In this document: piece after piece, positions 32,693-32,779 of the stretch
Layout of the letters: every line of letters starts with the position of its first letter
Numbering within the stretch: position 1 is the first letter of the stretch
From: Octopus bimaculoides
Taxonomy: Eukaryota
Length of the DNA: 32,779 nt
Direction of reading: 5' to 3'
NCBI RefSeq assembly: GCF_001194135.2
Contig: NC_069003.1
Location: forward strand, 22,196,648-22,229,426
Notes under the pieces: model-generated
Databases searched by the model: none
Told to the model about the DNA's origin: nothing
The model's input: only the letters and a program-made list of their open reading frames with translations
Made by a program: the position numbers and the translations under genes

Positions 32693-32779
32693 ATATATAT
32701 ATGTATGTGTGTTTATGTTTGTGTGTCTGTTTGTCCCCCCAGTATCGCTTGACAACCGATAGAATAAGTACTAGGCTTA

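Noticed and set aside
31508-32779. A further upstream DDX54 exon on the minus strand
   Set aside because: I found no helicase motif VI or HLFLG-type peptide; the region is occupied by repeats and the mariner relic, so the next exon is probably outside the window.

Overview
AT-rich eukaryotic genomic DNA from a draft assembly with seven N gaps. The dense (TA)n/(CA)n/(GAT)n microsatellites and repeat families suggest a cephalopod, probably octopus (inference only). One real gene is present: the 3' part of DDX54/DBP10 (DEAD-box RNA helicase) on the minus strand. I reconstructed nine coding exons (31507 down to the TAG at 15052) whose phases all join into one open frame of about 400 aa containing the DBP10 C-terminal motif; the helicase-core exons lie beyond 32779. 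The join only works cleanly if the intron at 17109-18515 is a minor-spliceosome AT-AC intron. That intron is nested in an in-frame GT-AG alternative. The rest is mobile-element debris: a Ty3/Gypsy integrase relic with PPT and LTR, a Penelope-like GIY-YIG element between 215-bp inverted arms with hammerhead-like relics, a mariner transposase relic, a MITE, RTE-type LINE 3' tails and several tRNA-derived SINE families. There is also a near-perfect 122-nt intronic hairpin. I see no convincing wholly new system. The best leads are the nested U12/U2 splice arrangement, the hairpin and the inverted Penelope structure. Exon and splice coordinates were counted by hand; repeat boundaries are approximate.
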